Shown here piece after piece: positions 49,185-59,769 of a DNA stretch of 64,000 nt. Source of the stretch: Methanobacteriota archaeon (GTDB lineage: Archaea; Thermoplasmatota; Thermoplasmata; RBG-16-68-12; JAFNFQ01); NCBI GenBank assembly GCA_017885655.1, contig JAFNFQ010000032.1, positions 1,258-65,257 of the forward strand, in the 5' to 3' direction. Numbering within the stretch: the first letter of the stretch is position 1; every line of letters starts with the position of its first letter. A program made the position numbers and the translations under genes. The notes below the pieces were generated by a model. That model saw only the letters and a list, made by a program, of their open reading frames with translations. It ran no database searches and had not been told where the DNA came from.

Positions 49185-50000
49185 TTGATAGAGAAAACGA
49201 GCAAGACCAAGCTCAAGATCTGCATCGTCGGGGAGAAGTCGGTAGGCAAGACGTCGCTTCTCGAGAGGTATGTCTTCGGCACCTTTGGCGGTGACTCAGG
49301 GGCCTCTTCCGGCACGAAGATGTCTCTAATGAGTTCCAGGAACGTCGAGGCGGGCGGCAAGGTGGTCGACGTTGATGTGGCCTTCTTCGACCTCATGGGT
49401 GCGACGGCGGTTAGGGATTCCTTCAAGGAGGTGTTGTTCTGGGGCGCACACGGTTTCTTGGCGGTGGCGGACATGACGAGGTCGGAAACGATCCGCGCTC
49501 TCCCTGCCTGGGTGAAGGTCGTGAGGTCTATTGCGGGGGAGATTCCGTTCCAAGTGCTCCTCAATAAAGCCGACCTGGCACCTGGAGGCGAAATGAATTC
49601 TGAGGACAATGGTTGGTTCAATTCACGGTTCCCCAAGACGCGGTATCATCTCGTCAGCGCAAAAAGCAGCGTCGGAGTCGAGGACGGCATCGACGCGCTC
49701 TTGAAGGCCGTCATCGAAAGCATCCTCGCAAAAGCCGCCGAGAAGAATGAGACACCCGTTCGAGTCGGCGAGATCAGCAGGAAGATCCTATCCTTCGCCA
49801 AGAGGAGGAGCCCCATAGGCGTCCCCAAGAAAGACCTCCTGATGGTCATCAAGAACGTGGACCACGATTCCTTGATGGCGGAGATCGAAGAGCTCAGGAA
49901 GAACGGGCTTGTGACGATCGAGCTGACGGGGCCGGCGTCGTTCCTCGTCAAGATCACCGAGAAGGGGGAGAAGCATCTAGAGCTGGCCGCGAAGCACTGA
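49185..50000 (+). CDS. Ras-like small GTPase with a C-terminal winged-helix-like extension
   Basis: G1 GEKSVGKTS, G3 DLMG, G4 NKAD and G5 SAK. The C-terminal ~90 aa (VIKNVDHDSLMAEIEELRKNGLVTIE) look HTH-like. Confidence 0.8.
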   Translation: MIEKTSKTKLKICIVGEKSVGKTSLLERYVFGTFGGDSGASSGTKMSLMSSRNVEAGGKVVDVDVAFFDLMGATAVRDSFKEVLFWGAHGFLAVADMTRSETIRALPAWVKVVRSIAGEIPFQVLLNKADLAPGGEMNSEDNGWFNSRFPKTRYHLVSAKSSVGVEDGIDALLKAVIESILAKAAEKNETPVRVGEISRKILSFAKRRSPIGVPKKDLLMVIKNVDHDSLMAEIEELRKNGLVTIELTGPASFLVKITEKGEKHLELAAKH

Positions 50001-50139
50001 ATCCGAGTCGAGTGCGGCAGCAAAACTGGCGACCTAATGGACAAGGGCCTCGAACGTCGCAGAATTCGAACACCAAGTTCCTTACGTGTCCTCCTCACAG
50101 GCGGGCATCTGTCTATTCATTCCGCATCCGTTGAAGCAG

Positions 50140-50700
50140 CATGCGCCCCGCCATCGCCCAAGTCGGGCCGGATTGAACGGGATGGCGCTTTCTCGGCGGC
50201 AACCCGCGCGCAATCCTCCGTCTCCACTCCTTGGGCTCCTTAGATTTGCGAACGGTTGTGGTGAGGGTCGGCAGCTCCTCCCGCCATCGTCGGGCGGTCG
50301 CCCCGAGACTCCGCTCGGTTGCCCGGGGATTTTTCTCGATCCCTCGGGATGTTCGCTCAATCTTCCTCGGCCCGCGGGCGGTTGCGCGGAGGTTCCGCGC
50401 AGGTCTCTCGGGCATCAGACGGTGTTCCGGGACTATCGCTCGGTCGCCCGGGGCCTTCGAGCGGTCGTCCGGGGTCGTCGCGGGATTGCCCCGGGACGTA
50501 GGGCGGTTGCGCGGAGGTTCGGGACGTTTGTCCGGAAGCTCGGCGGAGCGTTCGAGGGTGTCCGACGGCTGGTCTGGACCTTCGAAGAGCCTTCCGGCCT
50601 CTCCGTGCGATTGCGCGGGACTTCTGAGCGTTTGTCCGAGAATCCCTCTCGGTTGCGCGTAATTTCGAGGCGACCGCCCTGAAGCGCCGCTCTATCGCCC
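50140..50700. repeat. GC-rich degenerate tandem repeat block with ~125-bp higher-order periodicity
   Basis: GGGCGGTTGCGCGGAGGTTC occurs at 50376 and 50500. CTCGGTTGCCCGGGG at 50313 matches CTCGGTCGCCCGGGG at 50438. Many shorter CGGG/TTCG-containing subrepeats are present. Confidence 0.6.
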
Positions 50701-50715
50701 CGAGCCTCGGGACGA

Positions 50716-52229
50716 TTGGCTGGTTATCGACCGCGTCTGCAGTCTCCTGGCGCGCATTCGCCTGGCCCAGCTCCCTCCACCTGGTGGGACTTCCCCTTCA
50801 CCGCCACGGACTCTACGACTCACGCCTTCGCTTTGCCGGGCACGCACACGGTCCACACTAACCGTGACCGACGACGATGGCGGTTCTTCCTCGTATACGA
50901 CCGACATCACTGTCCTGAACCTCCCACCGAGCATCGAACCTTTCGGGCCGTTCAGCGTGGACGAGGGTGGCGCCCTCACCGTGGCTGCAAACGCCACGGA
51001 CCCGGGCAGCGACGACCTCACCTTCCTCTGGGAGTTCGAGCTGGGACCAGCCGTCGAGAACATTCACTACGATGACGGGGTGAGCCCTGATCCAGCGAAA
51101 AGCCCATGGGGCATGTTCCCGTTCACCGCCCTGGACTCCGCGACTGACATATACGGAGATAACGCGGTCTACGGCCTCGTGCTGACAGTGACCGACGATG
51201 ATGGCGGTTCCGCCGTGTACGAAACAAACGTCACGGTGGAAAACCTGCCGCCTATCATCAAGCCATTCGGTCCGTTCGAGCTCAACGAAGCCAACCCGCT
51301 GTCGGTCATCGCTAACGTTACTGATCCGGGCAGCGACGACCTGACGTTCGATTGGGCCTTCGAGTACGGACCCGTGACTCGGAGCGTGCATTACAATGAC
51401 GGCGTTGGGCCCGATCCGCAGAAGAGCCCCTGGGGGACGTTCCCGTTCTCCGCCGAGGACGTGGCGGCGCACACCTACGGAGACGACGGGGTGTTCGAGA
51501 TCACCCTAACGGTCACGGACGACGATGGCGGCATGGCGTCATACAGCACGACCGTGACGATGCACAACGTCCCGCCGGCGATCGTCGACTCCAGGGTCTT
51601 CATGCGCGCGGACATAACCCTCCGCGTGGCGGGGGAGAAGTGGCACGACGTCATCCTCAGGTTGTACGATGGCGGGCAGGAGGTAGGCTGGGCGCAGGTC
51701 ATCAGGTACCCCGGCAGCCCGAACAACCAGACGGTCACCGTGCACGATGTCGAGATAACGCTTGACAGGAGCTTCTCCGTGGTCGCCTACTACACGCCTG
51801 ACGACGATCCGGTCAACGGGCAGATCAACGGCGCTAACCCCGCCTGGCTCATCATCGACTGGGAGAATGGCATGGAGACCACCTCGCACCACACATTCAA
51901 CGTCCAGCACAACGACAGCTGGGTCTGGACCGTGGACGACTTCAATATCTACGCGGTCAACCAGACTATTCACTTCACCGCCACGGACCCGGGGAGCGAC
52001 GACCTTACATTCACTTGGGAATGGGGGAACGGGACTCCCGCCACCGCCACGACATACTATAATGATGGGACCGGACCCGTACCCGAGCCCTGGCGGGACA
52101 TTCCCGTTCACCGCCCCGGACTCGAAAACTCACTTGTATCTGATGGCCGGGACTTATGCAATCTCTCTGACCGTAACGGATGACGATGGCGGGATCATGT
52201 CGCTCGCCTTCAATCTGATAATCGGCTAG
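50716..52229 (+). pseudogene. PKD-repeat surface protein gene, apparently disrupted. It lacks an N-terminal signal peptide, and the frame changes at least twice (~50850 and ~52080)
   Basis: Consecutive PKD units (FPFTALDSAT...LTVTDDDGGS) continue across three different reading frames (ORFs 50716-51075, 50864-52183 and 51762-52229). Confidence 0.55.
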
Positions 52230-53001
52230 CCGAATGCGCTGCATTACGTGCGAGATGGTCTGGAGGGTGTCCGCGCTCTATTGAATCTTGCTCTGTGCCT
52301 CACTGATCCCTTCTCCCCATACGGTCCTCTGGCGGCGAAGGAGCATTCCGAGGATGCCTTAACTGAACCCCCAGCCGCGATATCGTTTGGGGATTTCCCG
52401 GTCCATGAGCGTTCCCGCCACGCGTTTTCGAATCAATCCGAGCACGGTCCGCGGTCATCCCGGAACGACCCGCGTTGATCGTTTTCTCCCTTACGCGGCA
52501 TGATTCACCATTCGAACGGGACATTTCTAAACGTGAATGGAGATTTTCTCAACCGGAATCGACTCGATCCAGATGTAGAAGGAAGTGTGTCACACCTGAG
52601 AAGTATATATTCGGGGTCGAAACGCACCTCCTCAATCGCGAAACCTCTTATTCCCAACCGAGACTGAACCCGTTCGCATGCAGAAGGACTCCGTTCGCGT
52701 TGAGATGAGCATTTTCCTGATGGAGAAGTGCCCTATTCAGGCTATCGAGTATCTATTCGAGCGTGAATGAGATCGGTTCAGACTGAGAAACACTTCATTC
52801 CATGATCGTGAGAGTTGACTCGATTTGTCATACAGTCGAGGTCGGTGGGGACCGCAGATTCGCGGCAATGCACCAATGCGACGACGGGACCATTCCTGTC
52901 TGAGAACCTGTCCCTGCGGCAGCTCAGTTGGGTCCCCCTTGGTATTTGTTGCATAAGATTCGGGAAGAACGTTCCCAGGCGAATCCTCCTGAGTAATATA
53001 G

Positions 53002-53086
53002 TGCGGCGGCCAGGATTTGAACCTGGGGACCCCTTCGAGACGAGGACCTAAACCTCGCGCCGTTGGCCGAGCTTGGCTACCGCCGC
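53002..53086 (-). tRNA. tRNA-Leu (anticodon UAG), class II with a long variable arm
   Basis: Reverse complement: acceptor GCGGCGG/CCGCCGC, anticodon stem CGAGG/CCTCG with loop TTTAGGT, a 14-nt variable arm and T-arm CCAGG-TTCAAAT-CCTGG. Discriminator A. Confidence 0.75.
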
Positions 53087-53252
53087 GGCCCGCCAATGAG
53101 GGCGTCCCGCTATAAAGCTCACTTCGCGATTCCATTGTGGACATATGTGGAATACGAAGGTCGCTTCAAATACTGCCACCGAGATGCGAATCTCGGTAGA
53201 GTATTAATAGACCGAACTGCACTCAGTCTCAAAATCGAGAGGAAGGCGTCAA

Positions 53253-53627
53253 ATGAGCGCACCACAACCGCAGATGAGTCAGCCGCCGATGACTGCCGCA
53301 TATGATCAAGGCCAGAATCCCGGGCAAACCTGGGGGCCTCCAATGATGAGCCAGCCGTTCATGGCGCCGCCTCGGGGTGGGATGCCACCAAAGGCTGGAC
53401 ATGTGCTCGTCCTCATCGGCAATATCCTCGTGGCGACAGGTGTGATAATCTTGGCGTTTTCATTGTCAACGGTGACCTTCGCCATTAAGGACAACCCCAA
53501 CCCCGACCAGGTTTCGTTAGGCATAGGAGCGATCTTCCTCACGGTTGGTGGACTGCTTGCCGGCATAGGCTTCCTCGTCAGAAGCTTCGGTGCTTACATG
53601 GCCGCAGTCATGACCCAAGTCCGGTAG
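53253..53627 (+). CDS. small membrane protein with a Pro/Gln/Met-rich N-terminus and two TM helices
   Basis: Low-complexity N-terminus MSQPPMTAAYDQGQNPGQTWGPPMMSQPFMAPP, then two hydrophobic helices. Confidence 0.45.
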   Translation: MSAPQPQMSQPPMTAAYDQGQNPGQTWGPPMMSQPFMAPPRGGMPPKAGHVLVLIGNILVATGVIILAFSLSTVTFAIKDNPNPDQVSLGIGAIFLTVGGLLAGIGFLVRSFGAYMAAVMTQVR

Positions 53628-53782
53628 CTCAATGGAAAAACGTCGAGAAGCAATCCGACAACTCAAGATCGAGATGTTCGAGCAGACTGATTGCCTTCGA
53701 TTTGCTCGTTCCCCGAAGCCGGCAGCGGGGCATTGCCCTGCAAACCCTTTTGCGGCCGACCGCCTTCCCGCCATGGGAGAGC

Positions 53783-54697
53783 ATGTCTTTCCATCCACTC
53801 GACTGGGACAAGTCGACACTGATCACCGACTCGGGCATGTTCCACACGAAGGAGTTCGGCGCCATCTACCTCATCGAGGACGACAAAGTCACGATGGTGG
53901 AATCAGGCACATCTTTCGATGCCGAGCGCATACTGTCGGCGGTCAGGGAATTCGGTCACGCGCCCGGCGACATAGACAACCTGATCGTCTCGCATATTCA
54001 CCTGGATCATGCCGGTGGCGCAGGCTTTCTACTGCAGGAGATGAAGAAAGCCAAGGTATTCGTCCATGAAAGAGGCTACAAGCACCTTGTCGATCCGACT
54101 CGACTGCTCGCGAGCGCGCGGGCGGCGCTGGGGGCCTCCGCGAACGAGTTCGGCACGATGAGGCCGATACCTGCTGAGAGGCTCGTGGCGGTGAGGGATG
54201 GTGACCGTTTGGAGCTGGGCAAGCGCGAACTCGTCTTCTATGATTCGCCCGGACATGCACCGCACGAGCTCACGATATTCGATACGTACAACAAGGGCAT
54301 CTACACGGGGGATGCTGCGGGTCTCTATTTATCCAGAGACGAGGTCCTGATGCCGATAGCTCCAGCGCCCGCGTTCAGCCTCGAGGACAACATCAGGAGC
54401 TTGGACAGGATGCTCACTCTCCAGCCGCGCGCGCTTTTCTTCAGTCACTATGGGCCGCACACAAACCCGAAGGCGGTCGTCACCATCCAGAAGATACAGT
54501 ACAACGAATGGGCTGACTTCGTGCGGAGACGAAGAGGCTTGGACTCGGAGGAATCGATGACGGAGGAACTCTTCAGGGACTATGGCATCCGCATCAAAGC
54601 CTACGAGCCGGGTTTCGTCAAGAAGAGGATCAGAGACAGCGTCGAGGGGCTGATCGTGTACCACCAGAGGCTGGAGGATGCTGCCCGCAAGATTTAG
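53783..54697 (+). CDS. MBL-fold metallo-hydrolase
   Basis: HxHxDH motif (SHIHLDHAGGAG) and downstream His/Asp ligands. Confidence 0.75.
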   Translation: MSFHPLDWDKSTLITDSGMFHTKEFGAIYLIEDDKVTMVESGTSFDAERILSAVREFGHAPGDIDNLIVSHIHLDHAGGAGFLLQEMKKAKVFVHERGYKHLVDPTRLLASARAALGASANEFGTMRPIPAERLVAVRDGDRLELGKRELVFYDSPGHAPHELTIFDTYNKGIYTGDAAGLYLSRDEVLMPIAPAPAFSLEDNIRSLDRMLTLQPRALFFSHYGPHTNPKAVVTIQKIQYNEWADFVRRRRGLDSEESMTEELFRDYGIRIKAYEPGFVKKRIRDSVEGLIVYHQRLEDAARKI

Positions 54698-55568
54698 GTC
54701 GCGAATTCACAGGATCGCCGCTGACAGGAAGTCCGGCGCGATCGAGCTCGCATTGGCGGTTGTCGAGGCCTTCGAGGGGTTGTCGAACTCACGCCCGCTG
54801 CCGGAGAAAAAGGAGATGATGGCGGCGGTGAAGTTCCTCTCGAATTCCCAGCCATCAATGGTCCCCATCCGCAATTCGGCAGAGATGTGCGCGCGGATAC
54901 TGGCGGGCGGCGGTGAGTCGGCATTCCGGTTGAGACTTCTCTGGACACTCGTCGAAAGCTCTCGCGAAAGGGTCGCGATGAATTCCCAGGCTATCTTCGG
55001 CAAAAATGCGGCGGTGCTCACGCTCAGTCGAAGTTCAACGGTGCTGCCTGCCCTCCAAGTGGCTGCAAGGTCGGGGATGCTCGGAAAGCTATTCATCATG
55101 GAGTCCAGGCCACGGCTTGAAGGGAGGACGACGGCAAAGATGGTGGCCGAAATGGGAGTGGAATGCACATTGGTAGCAGACGCCATGGGGCCTTCGCTCG
55201 TCGAGGACGTGGACCTGGCGGTAGTCGGTGCCGACGCGATCCTCAAAGATGGCGGCGTGGTGAACAAGGTGGGGACCTATCCGCTTGCGCTCGCCTGCAC
55301 TGATAATGGGAAGCCCCTCTGCGTGCTCGCCGAATCGATAAAGCTTGACCGGCGATTTAGCTCAACGACTTGGCCAGGGTCTGAGGAGAGAGACGAGTTC
55401 GAGCTTCTCCCCCGACCGCCACGCGGCCTGAGAGCGCTCAACCGCTACTTCGACCTCACTCCCCCCGCCAACGTCAGCTGCGTCGTGCATGAGGATGGTA
55501 TATCCAGACAAGGATGGGCGAAGACTATGGGGAAAATACTCGACCGTCTGATGGACGAGAGCGCATAG
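54678..55568 (+). CDS. eIF-2B alpha/beta/delta family protein (translation initiation factor 2B-like / ribose-1,5-bisphosphate isomerase family)
   Basis: IMESRPRLEGRTTAKMVAEMGVECTLVADAM...AVVGADAILKDGGVVNKVGTYPLALAC is typical of the IF-2B family. Confidence 0.75.
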   Translation: MLPARFRSRIHRIAADRKSGAIELALAVVEAFEGLSNSRPLPEKKEMMAAVKFLSNSQPSMVPIRNSAEMCARILAGGGESAFRLRLLWTLVESSRERVAMNSQAIFGKNAAVLTLSRSSTVLPALQVAARSGMLGKLFIMESRPRLEGRTTAKMVAEMGVECTLVADAMGPSLVEDVDLAVVGADAILKDGGVVNKVGTYPLALACTDNGKPLCVLAESIKLDRRFSSTTWPGSEERDEFELLPRPPRGLRALNRYFDLTPPANVSCVVHEDGISRQGWAKTMGKILDRLMDESA

Positions 55569-55635
55569 AGCCGGCTCTAGCTTACTTACAGAATATAGTC
55601 AACCGTTATCTAGCCAGCTCGGGAAAACCCTCTCG

Positions 55636-56991
55636 ATGTCCGCTCCAGCTGCGAAGCCGAAACCGCGCCTCAACCCGGTGAGAGTCAAGGTCAAGGAAGT
55701 CGAGCCGAGCCAGAGGGTGAAGGGCTTCGGCGAGGTCATCATCCCCTATACGCGCGAGGAGGCGATCGCCGAGGCGCAGCGCTGCATACAGTGCGGCAAA
55801 CCCTACTGCAACGAGGCGTGCCCGATCGGCCAGGACGCCCGCGGATACATCAAGCTCATGGCTCAGGGCAACTTCGACGAGGCGGCTGCCAGGATCGTCT
55901 GGGACAACCCCCTGGCCGAGTGCCTCGGCAAGGTGTGCTACCACTTCTGCGAGCAGGCCTGCACGATCGGAAAGAAAGGCGAGCCGATCGCGATCAGGCA
56001 GCTCAAGAGGGCGGCGCTGGAGTTCGGCAAGACGCCCGCACCCTACGATGCCGTGCCTAAGAACGGGAAGAATGTTGCCATAATCGGCGCCGGTCCGTCA
56101 GGCATAATGGCGGCCTGGAGCCTCGGCAAGATGGGCTACGACATCACAGTGTTCGAGGGCACGAAGAATCTCGGCGGGCTCATGACCATGAGCATACCCG
56201 GTTACCGCCTGACGAAGGGCACCTTCCAGAAGGACCTGGAACGCATGAAGAACCTCGGCATCGACTACAGACTCGGGGTCCGGGTCGGCCGCGACAAGAA
56301 CTTCGAGGACCTGTTCAATAACGGGTATGACGCGGTGTTCGTGGCTATAGGGACGATGGAGCCTCAGGGCATCAAGATCCCAGGCACACAGCTTCCCGGA
56401 GTGCTCAGCGCACTCGACATGCTGATTAACATCAACACCGGCCAGAAGGTCACCATGGGGAAGAGAGTGGCGGTGATAGGCGGCGGCGACGTCGCAATGG
56501 ACTCCGTCCGGAGCGCCCTGCGGTTCGGAGCGGAGAAGGTGACCCTGGTCTATCGCAGGAGCCGCGAGGAGATGCCCGCCAGCGACGATGAGATCGCGGA
56601 GACGCAAGCGGAGGGCATCGAGTTCATGTTCCTGACAGCACCGCTGGAGGTCTTGGGGAAGGACAGAGTCGCCGGCCTCAAGTGCCAGAAGATGCAGCTG
56701 GGCGAACCCGACGAGAGCGGCAGGAGGAGGCCCGTCCCGATCCCGGGCTCGGAATTCGTGCTCGACGTTGATACCGTCATCCTCGCGATCGGCCAGCAGC
56801 CCAGCCTCAAAGGCATACCCGACATAGGGATAGTCGTGAACAAGAAGGGAGTCATCGAGGGCGACCCCGAGACGGGCGGCACGAAGCAGCCCGGAGTGTA
56901 CGTTGGTGGCGGCGCTTCGGTCGTCCATGCCATGGCGGCAGGGAGGAAGGCGGCACTATCAATCGATAAGTTCCTGCGCCCCGCAAGCTGA
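55636..56991 (+). CDS. GltD-family NAD(P)H-dependent oxidoreductase (glutamate synthase small-subunit-like / sulfide dehydrogenase SudA-like)
   Basis: N-terminal Cys cluster CIQCGKPYCNEACP...CEQAC, then FAD/NAD Rossmann motifs VAIIGAGPSG and VAVIGGGDVAMD. Confidence 0.8.
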   Translation: MSAPAAKPKPRLNPVRVKVKEVEPSQRVKGFGEVIIPYTREEAIAEAQRCIQCGKPYCNEACPIGQDARGYIKLMAQGNFDEAAARIVWDNPLAECLGKVCYHFCEQACTIGKKGEPIAIRQLKRAALEFGKTPAPYDAVPKNGKNVAIIGAGPSGIMAAWSLGKMGYDITVFEGTKNLGGLMTMSIPGYRLTKGTFQKDLERMKNLGIDYRLGVRVGRDKNFEDLFNNGYDAVFVAIGTMEPQGIKIPGTQLPGVLSALDMLININTGQKVTMGKRVAVIGGGDVAMDSVRSALRFGAEKVTLVYRRSREEMPASDDEIAETQAEGIEFMFLTAPLEVLGKDRVAGLKCQKMQLGEPDESGRRRPVPIPGSEFVLDVDTVILAIGQQPSLKGIPDIGIVVNKKGVIEGDPETGGTKQPGVYVGGGASVVHAMAAGRKAALSIDKFLRPAS

Positions 56992-57013
56992 GTGGACAGA
57001 CCTATCGAGACAC

Positions 57014-57880
57014 TCACATCGCTTCTTCGATCAGCTCTCTGGGATCTGTGATCCCGAGCTTCTGCTTCAGCGGCATTCCCTGTCTATACGCCGGTTCCAG
57101 ATCCTCGTAGGTGGGCACGCCCTCGGCGACGTAGAATATCCCCAGCGGTATCTTCTCGCCCCACTCCAGCGCTTTCTTCCAGGCAGCCCCCATGTCCTTT
57201 GTATCGTGGTTCTCCTTCTGGAGGCTGTAGACCTTCGGTCGGAAGTAGTCATAGGTGTTGTATTTGTTGTAGGTCACGCAGGGAGAGAAAACGTCGACAA
57301 GAGAGAAGCCCTTGTGCTTTATCCCCGCCTCTATGAGCTCCGCAAGGCCTTTCGGGTCCCCGGAGAATCCGCGCGATATGTAAGTCGCTCCAGAAGCGAG
57401 CGCGAGCGCGATCGGGTTGACAGGGTTCTCGATGACTCCTTCCGGCGTCGATTTCGTCTTCATCTCCTTCAACGACGTGGGAGATGCCTGTCCGGTCGTG
57501 AGACCGTATATCTGGTTGTCCATGACGATGTAGGTGATGTCGAGGTTCCTCCTCATCGCGTGGATGAAGTGACCAACGCCGATGCCGTATCCATCTCCAT
57601 CTCCTCCTGTTCCGATGACAGTCAGCTCGGGGTTCGCGAGCTTCAGTCCGGTGGCTATCGGCATGACCCTCCCGTGAATGCCGTGCACGCCGAATGCCGT
57701 GAGGAAGTGAGGCAGGTTCGATGAGCACCCGATGCCTGAGATGATCGCCACCCGCCAAGGCTCCAGCTTCAGGTTGGTCAGCGCCTTGTGCACCGCATTC
57801 AGGACGGCGTAGTCCCCGCAACCGGGGCACCACATCGGCTTTATCCCCGATTTGAACTCGTAGACCTCCTCGTCAGGCAA
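57014..57880 (-). CDS. 2-oxoacid:ferredoxin oxidoreductase beta subunit (second paralogous pair)
   Basis: WCPGCGDYAVLNA and TGGDGDGYGIGVGHFIH...YIVMDNQIYGLTTGQ. Confidence 0.85.
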   Translation of the reverse strand: MPDEEVYEFKSGIKPMWCPGCGDYAVLNAVHKALTNLKLEPWRVAIISGIGCSSNLPHFLTAFGVHGIHGRVMPIATGLKLANPELTVIGTGGDGDGYGIGVGHFIHAMRRNLDITYIVMDNQIYGLTTGQASPTSLKEMKTKSTPEGVIENPVNPIALALASGATYISRGFSGDPKGLAELIEAGIKHKGFSLVDVFSPCVTYNKYNTYDYFRPKVYSLQKENHDTKDMGAAWKKALEWGEKIPLGIFYVAEGVPTYEDLEPAYRQGMPLKQKLGITDPRELIEEAM

Positions 57881-59627
57881 GCTTCATCACCTCCTTGATC
57901 TTCGAGACGATGTGGCGGGGCTCGAAAGGCTCGCCATCGTACTTGTGCAGGTGATGGTTCATCTCGATGCTGGTCTCCGCCCTCAGCAGACGGGCGAACT
58001 GCCCAGTGTAGTTGCCCTCCACCGCCATCGTCAAGCTCGCGCTCTTCAGTATATTCTTTGTCTCGTCCGTATGGAATGGGAAGACGTAGCAGTATTCCAG
58101 CGAGTTGACCTTGATGCGGTTCTCTGCGTTCACCCTTGAGATTGCCTCCCTGAGAGGACCTTGAGTAGATCCCCAACTGACCAGGGTAAGGTCTGCCCGC
58201 TCTGGCCCCCAAAGCTCCGGACCGGAAGTGTCCTTGAGCATGCCATTGAGCTTTCTCATACGCTTGTCGTGCATCTTCACCCTTTCCTCGAGGGAATTGG
58301 GCAGGCCCGCCAAGACGTCGCTGATGAGCGTCCCGTCCTCCATGTGCTCGTCGCTACCGGCGATGTGCTGGAATCCCTTCTGGCCGGGGATGGCGCGCGG
58401 CGAGACTCCGGATTCGGTCACGAGGTACCGCTTGAATTCCTCGGGCTTCGACTCGTCCGCCATCATCCCGCGGTTAATCGGGACGTTAAAATCGAATGTG
58501 TTGACCGTGCCGTAGCTCTCACTCAGCACAAGGTCCGTCATTAGAATAATCGGTGTTTGATAGACGTCCGCCAAGTTGAACGCCTTCACCGTCATGTCGA
58601 AGCACTCTTGCTGGTTTCTCGGGGCAATGATCGCACGCGGCCAGTCCCCCTGTCCCGCACCCATCGCGAGGTTCAGATCGCCCTGCTCGGTCTTCGTCGG
58701 AAGGCCGGTCGAAGGCCCGCCGCGCTGGGCGAGCACGACGACCACTGGGACCTCCAGCATTCCCGCCAGTCCGAGCCCTTCGACCATCAGCGAGAAGCCG
58801 CCGCCTGAAGTCGCCGTCATCGCCCTGACCCCGCCAAACCCAGCGCCGATTGCCATATTGATCGAGGCCAGCTCATCCTCCGACTGCTTGACCACCACGC
58901 CGTGCCTCGGCCCGTGGGCGGCGAGGTAATGGAGAATGCTGGACGAGGGTGTCATTGGATATTGGGCATGGAACTTCACTCCGGAAGCGAGTGCCCCCAT
59001 CGCGATCGCTTCATTCCCGGTCACTAGCATCCTCCTCACCTTCGTGTACCTAGCCGGGTGCTGCAATCTCCCATTCCCCTTCGCGACGAAATCGTGACCC
59101 GCCTTCGCCGCTCCGACATTGGCGTCGATCACGTCCTGCTTCTTGGTCCCGAACTGGCTCTTGACGACGCTGACGAAGACATCGAAGTCCATATCCAGGA
59201 GGCCCACGACCGCGCCCAGAGCCACGGTGTTCTTCATGATTTGCGCGGTGCTGTAGGTCCGCGACAATTCCAAAAGAGGAATCTCGACCAGAGTCACGCC
59301 TTTCTTCAGTTCGTTCTTCTCGACCTTGACTGCGTTCGGGTCGACGATTATCGCTCCGCCCTCCGTGACGTTCTTCGCGTGGAAGTCGGCGGTGTCCTGA
59401 TTCAGGCAGATAAGGACATCGGGGTCCTCGCCATGGCAGTTCACCGGGGACTCGCTAGCCCGAACCTGGGTCCAGACGTGACCGCCGCGAATCACGGACT
59501 GATAGAACGAATAGGTAGAGACATAGAGGCCACTCCTCGTGCAGGTCCTCGCGAACGTCTCTGCGCTTGAGGCGACTCCGTCGCCAGCCGCCCCGCCAAT
59601 GCGGAATGATACCTCGCCTTTCTTCAT
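57873..59627 (-). CDS. 2-oxoacid:ferredoxin oxidoreductase alpha subunit (second pair)
   Basis: FRIGGAAGDGVASSAETFA at the N-terminus. Overlaps the beta-subunit start. ~45% identical to korA at 16753-18459. Confidence 0.85.
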   Translation of the reverse strand: MKKGEVSFRIGGAAGDGVASSAETFARTCTRSGLYVSTYSFYQSVIRGGHVWTQVRASESPVNCHGEDPDVLICLNQDTADFHAKNVTEGGAIIVDPNAVKVEKNELKKGVTLVEIPLLELSRTYSTAQIMKNTVALGAVVGLLDMDFDVFVSVVKSQFGTKKQDVIDANVGAAKAGHDFVAKGNGRLQHPARYTKVRRMLVTGNEAIAMGALASGVKFHAQYPMTPSSSILHYLAAHGPRHGVVVKQSEDELASINMAIGAGFGGVRAMTATSGGGFSLMVEGLGLAGMLEVPVVVVLAQRGGPSTGLPTKTEQGDLNLAMGAGQGDWPRAIIAPRNQQECFDMTVKAFNLADVYQTPIILMTDLVLSESYGTVNTFDFNVPINRGMMADESKPEEFKRYLVTESGVSPRAIPGQKGFQHIAGSDEHMEDGTLISDVLAGLPNSLEERVKMHDKRMRKLNGMLKDTSGPELWGPERADLTLVSWGSTQGPLREAISRVNAENRIKVNSLEYCYVFPFHTDETKNILKSASLTMAVEGNYTGQFARLLRAETSIEMNHHLHKYDGEPFEPRHIVSKIKEVMKLA

Positions 59628-59769
59628 AGCGTGCCTCTTAAGTCATCGACTGCTTGACCGGTTTCAAAGGCAGGGAAACTTAAATAGTTTCACAATGGCG
59701 CGCCTCCAGAACGCTAAGCCTTATGACGTGATTGGCGATTCGGTCGGCCGAAAAGAAGGAGGTTCCGTG

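Noticed and set aside
48584-49636. 350-aa minus-strand ORF antisense to the hypothetical/GTPase gene pair
   Set aside because: Its translation is low-complexity (Ser/Pro/Ala-rich) and lacks motifs. The plus-strand GTPase has complete G1-G5 motifs.
50037-50682. ORFs translating the GC-rich repeat block (e.g. 50086-50682, 50231-50662), which could be an Arg/Gly/Ser-rich N-terminal region of the PKD protein
   Set aside because: There is no signal peptide and no consistent frame. The repeats are degenerate at the nucleotide level with a ~125-bp higher-order period, so they are treated as a non-coding repeat or gene remnant.
52737-53144. ORFs on both strands (52737-53144 minus, 52815-53051 plus) covering the tRNA-Leu gene
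   Set aside because: The region folds as a class II tRNA-Leu(UAG), so the ORFs are artefacts.
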